A stretch of DNA of 64,000 nt, taken from assembly GCA_040954595.2 (NCBI GenBank), contig CM082591.2, forward strand, positions 7,802,047 through 7,866,046, read 5' to 3'. Below the pieces are notes generated by a model that did not search any database, was not told the origin of the DNA, and saw only the letters and a program-made list of their open reading frames with translations. Shown in pieces: positions 12,571-25,848 of this stretch. The first letter of the stretch is position 1. Each line of letters starts with the position of its first letter. Both the position numbers and the translations under genes were made by a program. This DNA is from Balanoglossus misakiensis. Taxonomy: Eukaryota > Animalia > Hemichordata.

Positions 12571-12652
12571 ACTCCACATTGGTGGTGTATGCCAGGTCAC
12601 TGCATGTGCGTGGCAAGCCATGAATTGAACATGTGATATCTGCCTTCTCTTT

Positions 12653-13510
12653 TTAGCTCCACTGTCAATGATGTGGAGATTATCAGATAGGTTGATATTC
12701 TGTCATCATTTGTATGTCTGTCCGTCCATCAATAATTGACTTCTTAAAGACTGAAGATCGTACATATAAGGCGACTTCTGATTGGTTTACCGGCCCAGTA
12801 AATCCCGCAATTTCAACGGGAGCACCAGTGGGAGTTGGTCAGATGTAGTGTGAGACGACAGCATAAAAATCCCCGTCGCCGTTCCCTACATCTGATTTTG
12901 ATCAGATTGGTTCCTATTAGGATGATCTGAGTCAGATTTGTTCAAATTTTGACAGAATTTGTATTTTTGAGGCAAGGTTCGTGGGTTTTGGTGAAAAAAA
13001 ATTATCTTCTCTGACACAACCAGATTGATTATTTCCAAATTTGGTATGCAAGTTCCTAGGAGTGACCTTAATAATTTTGTTAAAATTGTGGTAAAATTTG
13101 CATTTTGAGGGCAATTTTAGCCATTGGGTAGGACAATCTTCTCAGAAACTGTTTGTTAAATCACTTACATTGTCAGATGGGAGCATATATTGCCTTACAA
13201 TTTGGTATGCAGGTCCAAGGGGTGCTCTAAGAGACAAATATGATGGAATTTGTAATATTGTATTTTTACATTTTTTTCAACTTTTGGTTTAAAAAAAGTC
13301 TTGAAAATTCCATGTGTGCAATTGTTTTGAACTCTGGTGTGAAGGTCCCTGGTCAAATTTCTTTTAATTTTGACAAATTTTTCATTAGCATATTTTAAGG
13401 TAAATTTGCCTTTGAACTCTGCTGTTTCAAGTTTGTCCAATTCTCAAAAGAAGTGCGCACTTAATTCAGAAGCATTTTGAAAGTTCACAGTGGAGCAGTA
13501 TTAGCCACAT
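12653..13510 (+). mobile_element. Helentron-derived (HINE/DINE-1-like) non-autonomous element
   Basis: Starts TTTTAGCTCCACTGT with a 5' hairpin; subterminal inverted copy ACAGTGGAGC near 13487; GTCTGTCCGTCC microsatellite trace. Confidence 0.55.
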
Positions 13511-15127
13511 GGGGTACAGGGTAGGGGGTGAGGGGGGGGATGTCATCAAAGCAAATTCACTGACCTCCCCTCCCCAGGCTAGAGAAAATGACCATTCCCT
13601 TACAGGGACTAAATCATCCACTATGTTGCTAGTTTCATGACATCTTCTGTAATGGGTGGTGTAACCTAATTTTTCAGTAAAATTAATCTGTATTGCAATT
13701 TATTTATTTATGATGTAATTGTCATGGTCAAGACTGGCTGTAAATTTATGATACTCACATGGAAATAAAAAGATACGACAAACCTGAAATTGTTTTCTAT
13801 GTTTTAATTTGGTTTGTATGTAATGAATTTGATTGTCCCTGTCATCAAATCCGTGCTGCAGCTGTGAGATCGATGTATTGTTCTAAGCTAGATAATTCGA
13901 TTCTCAAAACAACAAGTACAGATCGTCAATGGACGCCATATTAAAAATCGAACGACTTCTAAATATTAAAAGCTGAAAGGTTTGTCATAAATTCCAAACT
14001 GATAATCGACAAAGGCGCTTGTCAACGGGTTTTTACGTTAACTATTTACATCATGACATGAAAATGGCAGCAAGAACGAAAAAAATCGTAAGCATTTTGT
14101 ATGTCACTTTTTCCATAGTACCCCTAGTAAATTGTGGAGGAAATCTGTGGTCCTCCTTAAATTCCCTGGGTTTTTTCCATGGTCCCCCCTAAAGGATTGT
14201 GATTTTTATGTCTGGTCCCCCCTAATTTTTATTGGAGAAAATGGGTGGTCCCCCCTGAAAATCCTCCACCCCCTGGAAGTAAATTCTGAACAGTCCCTTA
14301 AAAGTTATTTATCAAAATACACCCAAGGTGAATGTCCAATTCAATATGGCTGCTTTTGTCGCCATAACAACAGAAGTCATTTACCTGTAAAATTATTAAT
14401 CATTGTCTTCAAACGCGTGTGTGAGAATAAAATGAACATGTTGCAGGTCTGTTCTCAGTCAGTAGAGCCAATTCTCAGGGTTGTAAACAACAAAAAGTAG
14501 AAACAAATGTTAGTTTTGTATTTCATACACTTATATTTCCACGAGGGTATGTCTACATGTCAACCTGAATTGTCAGCTTCATTGATGAAGAATTGTGTTC
14601 ATTTGACTTGTGAAGGTAGACTAGCCCACTAGTCGCTTTTTAAATCTCAATACTTTTTGTGTTTTCGGTTGTTTTTTTGTATTAATAAATAATTGCAATA
14701 ATTTTTGTGTGCATGCTTGCCTTGAGCGTGTTTTTGGTAATGAGGTGAGTTTGGAATTTGAGACTGAGCTTGTGGTTTCGGGTAGCGTCGACCAAGCCTA
14801 CGCGTTCCCTACACATAATGAAGCCCATAGACTTGGAGCTCACCAATTTTTATGCTGAGAACTATACTGTATATGGGCCGGAGGCCTTGTAATGCAATAA
14901 ATTCACACTGCGATGTATTGTATTGTACCTCTGGGAATCTAGTTGACATGTATAGAATAGTCAAATATAGACTTGGAGCAATAAATATGAAAATAATTCC
15001 AAATGCTGTTTTGACTTTATTACTAGCTCATGGATGTGTTTGAATGAGGCATTTTTGAAAGCCTTTGAATTTTATAACATGGAAAATCCTGAAGAAGAAA
15101 AAATATCTGGATGGAAACTTGATCTAA

Positions 15128-16289
15128 GGGACCGTTCAGTTTTTACGGTAGGGGGAAGGGGTTGGCAAGTTTGTGTCGTGGGTTTTCAAAATCAGGCCGA
15201 CCCCCCCTTCACCCAGCACCCAAAAATGATGACCCCCCTTTGACAGACCCAAAAATATGATGAACCCCCCCCCCCCCCCCCGGCCGAAAACATTCGCCGT
15301 CCTGATCCTATGTACACTGTATGCAATAAAGGGAACGAGGCTCCTCACACCTCAATTATAAATTTCTTAAAGTAATTGAATTATATAATAATATCGTTGC
15401 AATAAAGAAATCTATGAACAACATAAAATGAAAAGTCAATACAATAGTTGCTAGAATTGGTAAAACAAGAAAAGTGGCAGAGGTGGGCGTGGGAGGGGGT
15501 GTCCCCCTCCCACATAAGAAAATTTTGTAAAATACGGTGCTTAAAGTTGCATTTTAATGAACTCAAAAGCAAATTAACTCAATGTTAGGCAGGACAAATT
15601 TAGATTTTGCCACTCCACTCAAAGTAAGCATAGGGGTTGGGTGGGAATAAGTCTGCCCTGGTACACTAGACAAACCAGCGAATAAATGATATGTTGCGAA
15701 GAATATAGGGGGTGGGTGTGGGAAATTTTGTAAAATATGTAGCTCAAAGTTGCATTTATATGAACTCAAAAGCAAATTCATCTCAGTGTTTGGGAGGACC
15801 AATTTTACTTTTTGCCACTCCACTCAAAGTTAGAAGATTTGGCGTCATCTTCTTCATGACATCATTTATAAAACTTCTAGTATATAGAAGATGCAACGCG
15901 AAACTCAGTTATGCGAAATGGTTTAAACGATTATTCTCCTTTATGTATTTACTTTGTTAAATATTATCATCAGTGGGGTTGGGGTGGCAAGCACCCTGCC
16001 CTGGTACACTAGACAAACCAGCAAAAATTGAAATGTGGCAGAGAATGTAGAGGGTGGGTGTGGGAGGGGATGTCCCCCACATTAGAAAATTTTGTAAAAT
16101 AAAGGGCGTGAAACTGCAATTTTGTGGACTCACAAGCAAAAGTTCGGTGGCAAAAGTATGTGACCCCCCTCCCTAAACGTTTAAAAAAACAGATGACCCC
16201 CCCCCCTTTTGGACTTCAAAATTTAAGTGACCCCCCCCCCCCTTGGATTTTGCCGCCCCCCCCCCCAGCCGTAAAAACTGAACGGTCCC
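15128..16289. mobile_element. PIF/Harbinger-like non-autonomous element, copy 1
   Basis: TIR GGGACCGTTCAGTTTTTACGG with TAA TSD; empty site visible in the downstream tandem duplicate (~16360-16520); second copy at 45733-46946. Confidence 0.9.
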
Positions 16290-17904
16290 TAACCAATGAA
16301 GAAATCCTAGAATCTCAGTTGCTCATGCTTTGTGCAGGAATGTAAAGCATGATTAGCACATGGATGTGTTTGAATGAGGCATTTTTGAAAACTTTGAATT
16401 TTATAACATGGAAAATCCTGAAGAAAAACAAAATATCTGGATGGAAACTTGATCTAACCAATGCAGAAATCATAGAATCTCAGTTGCTCATGATTTGTGC
16501 ATGAATGTAAAGCATGATCAAACACATAGGTATTGATTTTATCACATTCTCATTTATTTCAGTTTATTTACTTTGGCGCTACATGTAGATATATGTTGCC
16601 AAGAAACTGACTTGCATAGTAGTTGTGACACACAAACACATCACCCAACACGTTCACTAATATAGTACAAATTCTAGACTGCAACCGATGGGGTAACAGA
16701 CTTGCAAAACTTTTACAAATATGTTCTACAATCATCGGATAGTTTTTCCATAAGTTCTTGCATCAAGTTCAAAAGTAACACGACTCTCGACTATTGATAA
16801 AGTCAATGCCATATACAGATATATACTTTCTCAATTATGCATTCAAGTACATCTTAAATTTTAAAAAATTCAAAGTATAATACAGCAAATACAAACATAC
16901 TGTAGTTATTTACAATCCAAATTCAATAACTACCAGCCCTTAAAGTTCTACGCTTACTCCCCATAAAAATGTCACTATAGTTGTCTACTCAAGTAACTTA
17001 ATTAACTGTACTTCACAAGAAAACAAAACAATATACAGAATCATAAAATTTGCGCAAAAGTCATCGCTAGCCAAGCTTAGGAGGACTTCCCTCAAAACGT
17101 ACACTTTGTACAGTTTTTGGTAGTCTTGCTCCAAGACTGTGTGATACTGAAAATGAAATGCGCGTCTGCGTTATGTACAGAACGTCCTGTGGACGCGACG
17201 CGTCGTACGAAAGTTCCATTCCTTATCGACAGGCACAGCGTATGCCATAGAGTCTAAGTTCTTGGCAACAGTTGGCCCAGTCGGCCTGATAGCAAAAATG
17301 ATCATTGCACCCCCTGCCGGCAGTATTTAAGTGTGCCTATGAACCAAGAATACTTTATATCTTTTCGTAAATTAGTTGACTTTCAGCCAGTACAGCAAAT
17401 TTTTACTTTTTGAAATCCGGTGAAACAAAATAAAAATAGTCGACATTCTTTACATATCTCATAAAAACTGCAAAGTCATTCTGCAGCGTTGTAGTCTCAT
17501 GTCAGAGTCTCGATCGAGCTAGCTGCAAGTGCCCCCTCTATACCGTTAAAAACAAAATGTAAAATACTGTCGTTCACATCCCTTGTTCATATATTTTTGA
17601 AATAACAACAATTTCGGACTAACGAATGGTAATCTATATAAATTACAACGCAATACATATCAGGTGATTTACAGGTAAGTTTTTAGAATTATTTTGCACA
17701 CATAAATTGATGAAACGCCTTCATCCTTTCGGATGCAATGGAGATCTGATGGGAAGTGGACTGCACATCATAACTTTCAGACCCCTCCATGTCAAAATTC
17801 ATGAAAAAAACGAGTAAAAATTCTCCAAAACGACTCAGATTTGGATTATTTATACTCGTTACATGAAGCGACTGTAGGCTGAAATATTATTTTTCCAAAA
17901 TAGT

Positions 17905-18153
17905 TGGAGAAAAGAAGAACCACTCCCGTCGCTCTTAATTTGCTTTTTAACTCTTTATTTTGCATGTCAATACTTTATTTGAATATTTGACAGGCCTAAC
18001 AGTGTTGTCCCACTGTAGTTAAAGTTTTGGCCCAAGACTTGTAAATAGTTTTTGTCTGAATGGGTCTAGGGTTCGCTTTTTGTATTGGTTCGTATCCATG
18101 GAATAAACCGTCGGTTACAGAAGACCGTGTCATCCTTGTACTTCTTCGCAACA
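17905..18153 (+). repeat. 5' LTR of the BEL/Pao element
   Basis: TGGAGAAAAG...TTCGCAACA, duplicated at 24405-24653. Confidence 0.95.
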
Positions 18154-18156
18154 TTT

Positions 18157-18175
18157 TGGTAGCAGAGCATGGTTT
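18157..18175 (+). other. Primer binding site complementary to initiator tRNA-Met
   Basis: TGGTAGCAGAGCATGGTTT, 3 nt after the 5' LTR. Confidence 0.8.
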
Positions 18176-18184
18176 GAGGCAAAT

Positions 18185-21100
18185 ATGCACGAAGAACAAG
18201 GATCTGGTCAGCATTTGGAGGAAGAGGTAAGAGAGGAGCAGCCCGAAGACATGGAAGCTACCGAAGAGCGAGTTGAAGACCTGAAGCAGAGCAAGTCCAG
18301 GGCCAAGGCTGTGTTCACCAGGGTGAGACATCAACTGCTGCGACTACTGGAGGAAGAAGACCCGCCCACCAGCTGCCAACAGGTTAGAGACTTTAGTCAA
18401 AATTTGGACGCTGCTGTGGAAAAAGCGTTGGACATAATGGCCAAGTTATCTGATGAGTATCAGCGGTTGAAGGATCGACAGAACCGGAGAAAAGTAAGTC
18501 AAGAAATGGACAAATTGGAAACTGAGTTTACCGAAGCACAGAACCAAGTGCAGGACTATATATGAGCTAGAAAGGTGGACTCGTCAAGTACAGGATCAAG
18601 AAGTTCCAGCAAGGTGCATTTCCGACAGCAAAAGGAAAAGGAAGCCCGTCAGCAAGTAGAAAAGATCCAAGAAGAGGTCAGACGAAAAGAATCGGAACTC
18701 GAGTATATGAAGCAACAAGTGGAAAAAGAGAGTGCACGTCGCAAAAAGGAATTGGATGAACAAATGCGTTAGGATTATGGGCGTCTTCGAGCAGCTAAAC
18801 AGGACTTGAAGGAAAGATATCGTGAACTAGAATATGAAATAGACACTGACATTGGACTAAAATGTAATCCATCATCGGACATTGAAGCTTGCATCAGCGC
18901 GGACATGGGTGAGGTGACTCTTCATGACAATCCACCACAGCAGGAGCCGAAGGAAAAGTCTTCCCAAAGTAAAGGTATCGTACATTCTACCAATACCACT
19001 TCACATCAGGCATCCAATTCGGTTGCAATTGGTCAGGACTTGTGGAAACAACTTCAACGTGTATCAATTCCAATATTTTCGGGTGATAAGAGACTTTACG
19101 AAAGTTGGAAAGCAGCATTCTATGCATGCATCGACCAAGCCCCTGCAACGCCCGAGTACAAGCTCCTTCAACTTCGTCAATATCTGTCTGGGGAAGCTCT
19201 CAAGGTGATAGAAAATCTGGGACATTCTGCGACTGCCTACCAAGCTGCAAAAGATAGGCTAGAACGGAAATATGGTGGGAGACGTCGTCAAATCGCGTTA
19301 TTTTTGGAAGATTTGGACAATGTTAAACCCATACGACCAGGAAATTGTAAAGACATTGAACGCTTTGCGGACTTGTTGGACATTGCTGTAGTTAACCTGA
19401 AAGAAGCCGGTCGAACTGACGAGTTGGGAAACCGATCATTATACACAAAGTTACAGAAGAAGTTGACAGAGACAATGCTTACGCAATATCATCGTTGGAT
19501 CTTTGAAAAGGACCGGGTTGAATCTGTTGAAACACTGCGTGAATGGATAATCCAAGAAGCCGAATTCCAGACCATAGCAAGTGAAACAGTACAAGGACTC
19601 GCAAATGTAACCAGGAACGCGGAATATAGAAGAGTCAGGGCGAACACGCGGACATTCTTCGGAAGTGCTCAAGTGACTGAAAATGCCAAAAGCAGTCGTT
19701 ATACCAGTCGAAGGTCGTGTAAATTTAAGAAGATGGCCATTTCACAAAGGTGGGAACTTGCGAAACAACTTAGACTTTGTTATCGTTGCCTTGGAGATGA
19801 CCACCAGGGGCGCCATTGTACCAGGACTAGAATATGCGGTTTGGATGGATGTCGGGATACGCACAACAGACTACTGCACAGGATCTGGAATCAAAGTGGT
19901 CCACAAGCACCAAGCCAAGGTAATAAAAACCAATATATATCTTTTCGAAACAAAACGGCTGAACCCAATGCAACTTCGGACAATACAATCGCTGATTCCA
20001 GACGTGTGCCTCTACGCGTCACTGAGGGGGAGCATTGTGGTAATACGGAGCGATTGCAGACAACGATGATCTCCGAGTCGTCGGATGTACAACCTATAAC
20101 ATTGAGAACTGTAACTGTAATTCTGAAACATGGCGGTCGTAAAATAAGAGCTAATGCTTTGCTTGATGATGCCAGCACCGGAACTTATATAAACACTGAC
20201 ATTGCAGAAGAGTTGGGATTACAGGGACATACCCAACCGATATCTGTCAATGTGCTCAACGGACATGTGAAAACTTTCCAAACAACTCCAGTAGAAGTTG
20301 GACTCGAGAGCATCAATGGAGACGTGGACATGAACATCTGCGCATTTACAACGGACAGAGTAACAGGTAACATGCGTGTGATAGACTGGAGATCTCGAAA
20401 TGAAAAATGGTCTCATCTGAAAGGAATAGACTTTCCGAAGCTCGGCGCCAGGCCAATCGTTGATATTCTTATTGGTCTGGATTACGCTGATCTGCATTAC
20501 TCCTTCAGGGACATCAGAGGGAAACCAGGTGAGCCCATTGCACGACTTACACCATTAGGTTGGACTTGTATCGGCAATCCAGACGGTAACCAGGGGCGTC
20601 CTCTACAAACGCACTTTGTAAGAACTTACTTTGTTCAAGACCAAACCAAGTTAGAAGACCTAAATTCTACTCTGAGGAAATTCTGGGAGATCGATAATCT
20701 ACCTAGCCCAGCAGAAAGTTTGAACGTGTCTCTGGACGATCGAACTGCACTAGAACTTGCCAACAGATCACTAAAACTACAAAATGGCCGATACCAGGTG
20801 GGAATCCCATGGAGAGAAGATGCCCGAGAATTGCCTGATAACTATGATATGGCATTACGACGATTAGAGAACACTGAGAAACGGTTAGTGAAGGATCCGC
20901 AAGTTGCCACAGCATATTCAACTACCTTGAATCAATACATCGAGAAGGGCTACATCCGAAAGGTTCCCCAGAGTGAGAGAAAACCAGAGAACAAGTGGTA
21001 CCTGCCTCATTTTCCAGTAGTGCGGCCTGATAAAGCAACCACGAAGACACGCATTGTGTTTGATGCATCTGCAAGATATCAAGGGATCTCTCTGAATGAT

Positions 21101-24060
21101 GTCATCTATCAAGGACCAAAGTTACAACCTGACTTATTCGATGTGTTGCTCCGTTTTCGACGACATCCTGTGGCCGTGGTGAGTGATATAGCAGAGATGT
21201 ACCTGAGAATAGAAATTCCGCCTGACGACCGAGTCTTTCATCGATTCCTGTGGAGAGACCTGAATCAACAGGAAGTACCAGATGAGTATGAATTTAGCAG
21301 AGTTGTTTTTGGAGTGAACTCTTCTCCATTCTTGGCGCAGTTCGTGACACAAACTCATGCAAAGTCGCATGCCAATGATCTTCCAATGGCTGCAGAGACT
21401 GTATTGAAATCTACATACATGGATGACAGCATGGACTCAGTAAAAAATGAACAGCAAGCTGTCAGACTATACGAGTTGTCCGAACTTTGGGAGATGGCTG
21501 GAATGCATGCACGTAAGTGGTTGTCCAATTCAGCGACTGTGTTAGAGAAAATACCTACCAAAGACAGAGCATGCGAAGTGGATCTGGATCAAGGTGAGCT
21601 ACCTTCAATAAAGACTCTTGGTATCTGGTGGATAGCTGAAGAAGATGTATTCACTTTCAGAGCAAATCCTCCCAACCATGACTACGTAATCACAAAGCGC
21701 AACTTCCTGAAGAAGATTGCCACGTTATTCGATCCACTGGGCTTTCTGGCACCATTCATTATCCGAGCAAAAGTACTACTTCAAGACATGTGGGCCGCGG
21801 GGCTGGATTGGGACAGTGATCCTGGCAACAACCTCACCACCAGAGCTCGAAAATGGTTCAATGAATTGACGGATCTGGAGAACATAAAAGTTCCAAGATG
21901 TTTACAAGCGCCAAATGAGCTAGCGTCAATGACCTTGCATGTATTTGTAGATGCCTCCCAGGATGCCTATGGTGCCGTCGTCTATGCAAGAAATGAATAT
22001 GAAGACGCCACAGTTTCTCATCATATGATAGCAGCAAAAACTCGAGTGGCACCCCTGACAAGCATCAGTATTCCTCGCCTTGAACTAATGGGAGCCATTC
22101 TTGGACTACGATTATCCGAATCGATTGCAGAAGCACTTGGTATTAGTCTGACTGAGGTCGTATTTTGGTCAGACAGCATGAATGTCCTGTGGTGGATCAG
22201 AAGTCGGAGCCGGAAGTTCAAGCCCTTTGTTGCAAACAGAGTTGGAGAAATCCAAGGATCTACAAAATTTGACCAATGGAGGTACGTGTCCACAAAAGAA
22301 AACCCAGCTGACTTGGTTACTAGAGGGATAACGGCGATAGATCTAGCTCATGAAGATCTCTGGTGGAAAGGACCAGAATTCCTTGCGAAATCTCCATCAG
22401 ATTGGCCATAAAACCCTGTGACAAAAGCAGCCGAGTCAGAAGACGCCGAGATGAAGAAAACTTATCAGCCAACAACCCTTGTTGTGAATCAACCCCAAAG
22501 TAACAACCACTGTGACCAGTCAAAAGCCAAACCTGAGCAACACGCAAAAGATGTGCCAGCGGCTGTGGGTGAACTTGACACTGTACTACTGAGGCCGAAC
22601 CAGTTTTCAAGTTGGACAAAACTGACGAGAACTCAAGCATGGATCTATCGGTTTCTGCATAACTGTAGACATCCCAAAGAAGAACGAAGAAGAGGAGAAT
22701 TACTTCCAGACGAAATAGAAGAAGCAGAAATAGTGATCATCAGGCGTATGCAGGCCGAATCATTTCCTGAAGAGTATTCATCACTCGTCCATAACAAGGA
22801 ACTCCCAAAGAAGAGCAAGATACTCAGCCTTCGACCACGAATTGATGAAGATGGCTTGATGAGATGCGATGGCCGGTTAAGGTATGCGGACTACTTACCA
22901 TATGATGTTCGTTATCCTGTCATTCTCCCCAGAAGAAACTGGGTTACCAAACTGATAGTAAAGCACTACCACGAACTTGGAGAACATACTGCTGGGACAA
23001 ACCAAACTCTATCAGCCTTATCGGCAAGATTTTGGATCATCGCTGGACGTGAAGAAATCCGTCAGTGGGAGCATGAATGTGCGGAATGTCGACGACGCAA
23101 AGCCAAGGCAGCAAGTCAAGTTATGGCGCCACTACCTAGAATTCGACTGAATATGCCTCTACGTGCATTTGCTGATGTAGCAGTGGATTATGCTGGTCCA
23201 TTTATTACAATCCAGGGGCGTGGTAAACAAAGAACCAAACGTTACTTGTGCTTATTTACCTGCTTGGCTACTAGAGCTGTTCATCTAGAAGTCGCCTATG
23301 GACTCGATACTGATTCATTTCTGAATGCCTTCTATAGGATGGTCAACCGTAGAGGACTTCCAAAGTGTGTGCTCTCTGATAATGGCACTATTTCGTGGCT
23401 GCTGACAAGGAACTGAGAGAATTGATCCAGCAACTGGATAAAGACCAAGTCAGCAGATCAACAGCAAACCAAGGTATAAAGTGGAGCTTCAATCCTCCCT
23501 TAGCACCTCACTTTGGTGGCGTCCATGAGACCATGATCAAGGCAGCGAAGAGAGCAATCTATGCCATACTGAAGAATTCTGACATAACAGATGAGGAACG
23601 TTTAACGGCCGTGACAGGGGCGGAAGCACTCATCAATTCAAGACCAATCACCTATCAATCTGCCAATCCAGATGACATTACACCTCTGACGCCAAACCAC
23701 TTCCTACATGGTCAAGTTGGGGGACAGTTCGCTCCCGACTCCGTCGATACTACCGACTACACTCCCAGGAAAAGATGGCGAAGACTCCAAGAGCTGATGA
23801 AACACTTTTGGAAGAGGTGGATGCAGGAATGGTTGCCTTCACTAAATGTGCGTAAGAAGTGGTTCACCACCAAAAGGGACCTCCAAGTTGGTGATATTGT
23901 CCTTGTTATATCACCGGGTACTCAACGTGGACACTGGCCCCTTGGACTTATAACGGACGTTCACCCCGGTCGCGATGGACATGTACGCGTGGTAACCGTG
24001 AAGACCGGAGAAACTACATTTCGGCGACCAATCTCGAAAGTGTGCCCTCTGGAATTTTGA
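18185..24060 (+). pseudogene. BEL/Pao gag-pol polyprotein, disrupted
   Basis: DUF1759-like Gag, CYRCLGDDHQGRHC knuckle, protease LLDDAS, RT YMDD, RNase H FVDAS/WSDS/ENPAD, integrase HHCC and VDYAGP/SDNG/GGVHE. In-frame stops at 18563, 18770 and 22409; frameshift near 23390. Confidence 0.93.
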
Positions 24061-24404
24061 GTAAATACAGTTTTACAGACTTTCATGATAAGGACACTGA
24101 ACTCTTTTTGGGGTAAAACAAAAGAAACCCTGCTATTTTAAGATAGAAAAAATTAGAGAAATTACGTATTCGTTTGTTTTACTTTGGACCAATGAAAAAT
24201 ACTTGGTAACTTATGAAAATGTATTAACTGAACATTTGAAAACGTATGACATATTGAAAATGAAATTTGACAGTTTTTGATTTAGATATCAGTAATAGTA
24301 AAAAAAAAGTTAAAAAAGAAATAATCAGTCAAAAAAGTATAAAATAGTAAAATTCTCGAATGTTTTGAGGAATCAATATTTTCAACATTGATTGAGGGGG
24401 AGAA

Positions 24405-24653
24405 TGGAGAAAAGAAGAACCACTCCCGTCGCTCTTAATTTGCATTTTAACTCTTTATTTTGCATGTCAATACTTTATTTGAATATTTGACAGGCCTAAC
24501 AGTGTTGTCCCACTGTAGTTAAAGTTTTGGCCCAAGACTTGTAAATAGTTTTTGTCTGAATGGGTCTAGGGTTCGCTTTTCGTATTGGTTCGTATCCATG
24601 GAATAAACCGTCGGTTACAGAAGACCGTGTCATCCTTGTACTTCTTCGCAACA
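24405..24653 (+). repeat. 3' LTR of the BEL/Pao element
   Basis: Preceded by the PPT and followed by the ATAGT TSD. Confidence 0.95.
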
Positions 24654-24930
24654 ATAGTCTTTGTAAATGTGGAAAAAAGAACCCAATTTTGATTGTGTAC
24701 ATACCAAGTTGACGGAATGCATTCAATTTCAAACAGTCGTGTCTCGAAATCCCTCAAAATAAACTGCAAAAATAATTCAAAACAGCCTCAGTTTATTTCG
24801 GCTTCACTCAGTACATATAGCGACTGCACCTACAATTAATTTCTGTTCTGAATTTTACTTCAAAATGTGGAAAATAACTCAAAAAATTGTGAAAGTGACA
24901 TTGGTTCAGTTTGAACTTTGTTGCCATGGC
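24654..24930. repeat. Right part of an unclassified interspersed repeat split by the BEL insertion (left part ~17640-17904)
   Basis: The joined flanks align continuously with the uninterrupted copy at ~47310-47820. Confidence 0.8.
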
Positions 24931-25030
24931 ATGCGATCAATCGTAAATTTATCGACGCAGCCTCTAAATTTATTTTCTCCCAAATTTCACTATTTTTGAT
25001 GTCGTGTTGACATGCATTTCATGGTGGTGT

Positions 25031-25848
25031 TTATGTCTGCTTGTGGAATACTTTGATTTGGTCTCTGTTCCACTCTCTAACAGCAATTCTGTCACCGCTG
25101 ACTGCAAGGAACCAGGGGCGTCTCACCTCCCCTTCAAATAAGTGACAGATCCACTCTCCATCAAATCTCCATTTCACAATCCTATAATTCCACCAATCAC
25201 ACACAAACAAATTATCGTCGTCATCGACGTCAATGTTGCGTGGATGCCTCAGCTGACCAGGACCTGAACCTTCCACACCAAATTGATACAAGAATTTCAA
25301 GTCAGCATCAAAACACTTGATGCAGTGATTCCAACTGTCAGACACCATGATGATATTCTTACTGTTGACCACCACAGAGAATGGGTAACTGAATTGTGTT
25401 TGGCCATCACCTCGACCACCAACCTCTGCAACATACTGACCATCTTGGGTGTACTTGAGTAGCCGATGACCTGTGACCTCAGTGACCAAAACAAATCCAT
25501 TCAGTAGAGCGATGCCATAGACATTGACACCTGCAGGTAAAGTAATTATTCTAAGAATTTTATTGTTTTGATCACAAACAACAATTTGAGAATTTCCACC
25601 ATCACTTATGAAGTAGATGTTGTCATGGGAGACAGCTACATCCCGTGGCTGGAATGGCTTTGCAAACTGACCATCAAAACTTCCCAAGACTTTGTCACAG
25701 GTGTAATCTTGATTCAGTATCTGTACAACCCTGTTGCCTTGGTCACACACCACCAGTTTGTCACCATGGAACACCATACCATACGGGTTTTTAAACTTTC
25801 TCCCTGGCTTTGGACTTTGGCCATCCAGTGTCCTCACTGACCAGTGAC
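25031..25848 (-). CDS. Terminal exon: NHL-repeat beta-propeller
   Basis: FKNPYGMVF..VCDQGN, FQPRDVAV..ISDGGN, FSYPFSVVV..VSDSWNHCI, FGVEGSGPGQLRHPRNIDVD..VCD; phase-1 acceptor CTAACAG. Confidence 0.92.

Larger units (their letters stand above)
17905..24653 (+). mobile_element. Full-length BEL/Pao LTR retrotransposon (coding-defective)
   Basis: 249-bp TG...CA LTRs with 2 mismatches, ATAGT 5-bp TSD, PBS, PPT GAGGGGGAGAA, domain order Gag-PR-RT-RH-IN. Confidence 0.97.

Noticed and set aside
17996-18334. Minus-strand ORFs overlapping the LTRs (also 24496-24769)
   Set aside because: They recur only because the LTR is duplicated; no domain evidence
18563-22411. Programmed stop-codon readthrough in the BEL polyprotein
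   Set aside because: Three different stops at arbitrary positions plus a frameshift fit decay better; BEL elements normally have one ORF
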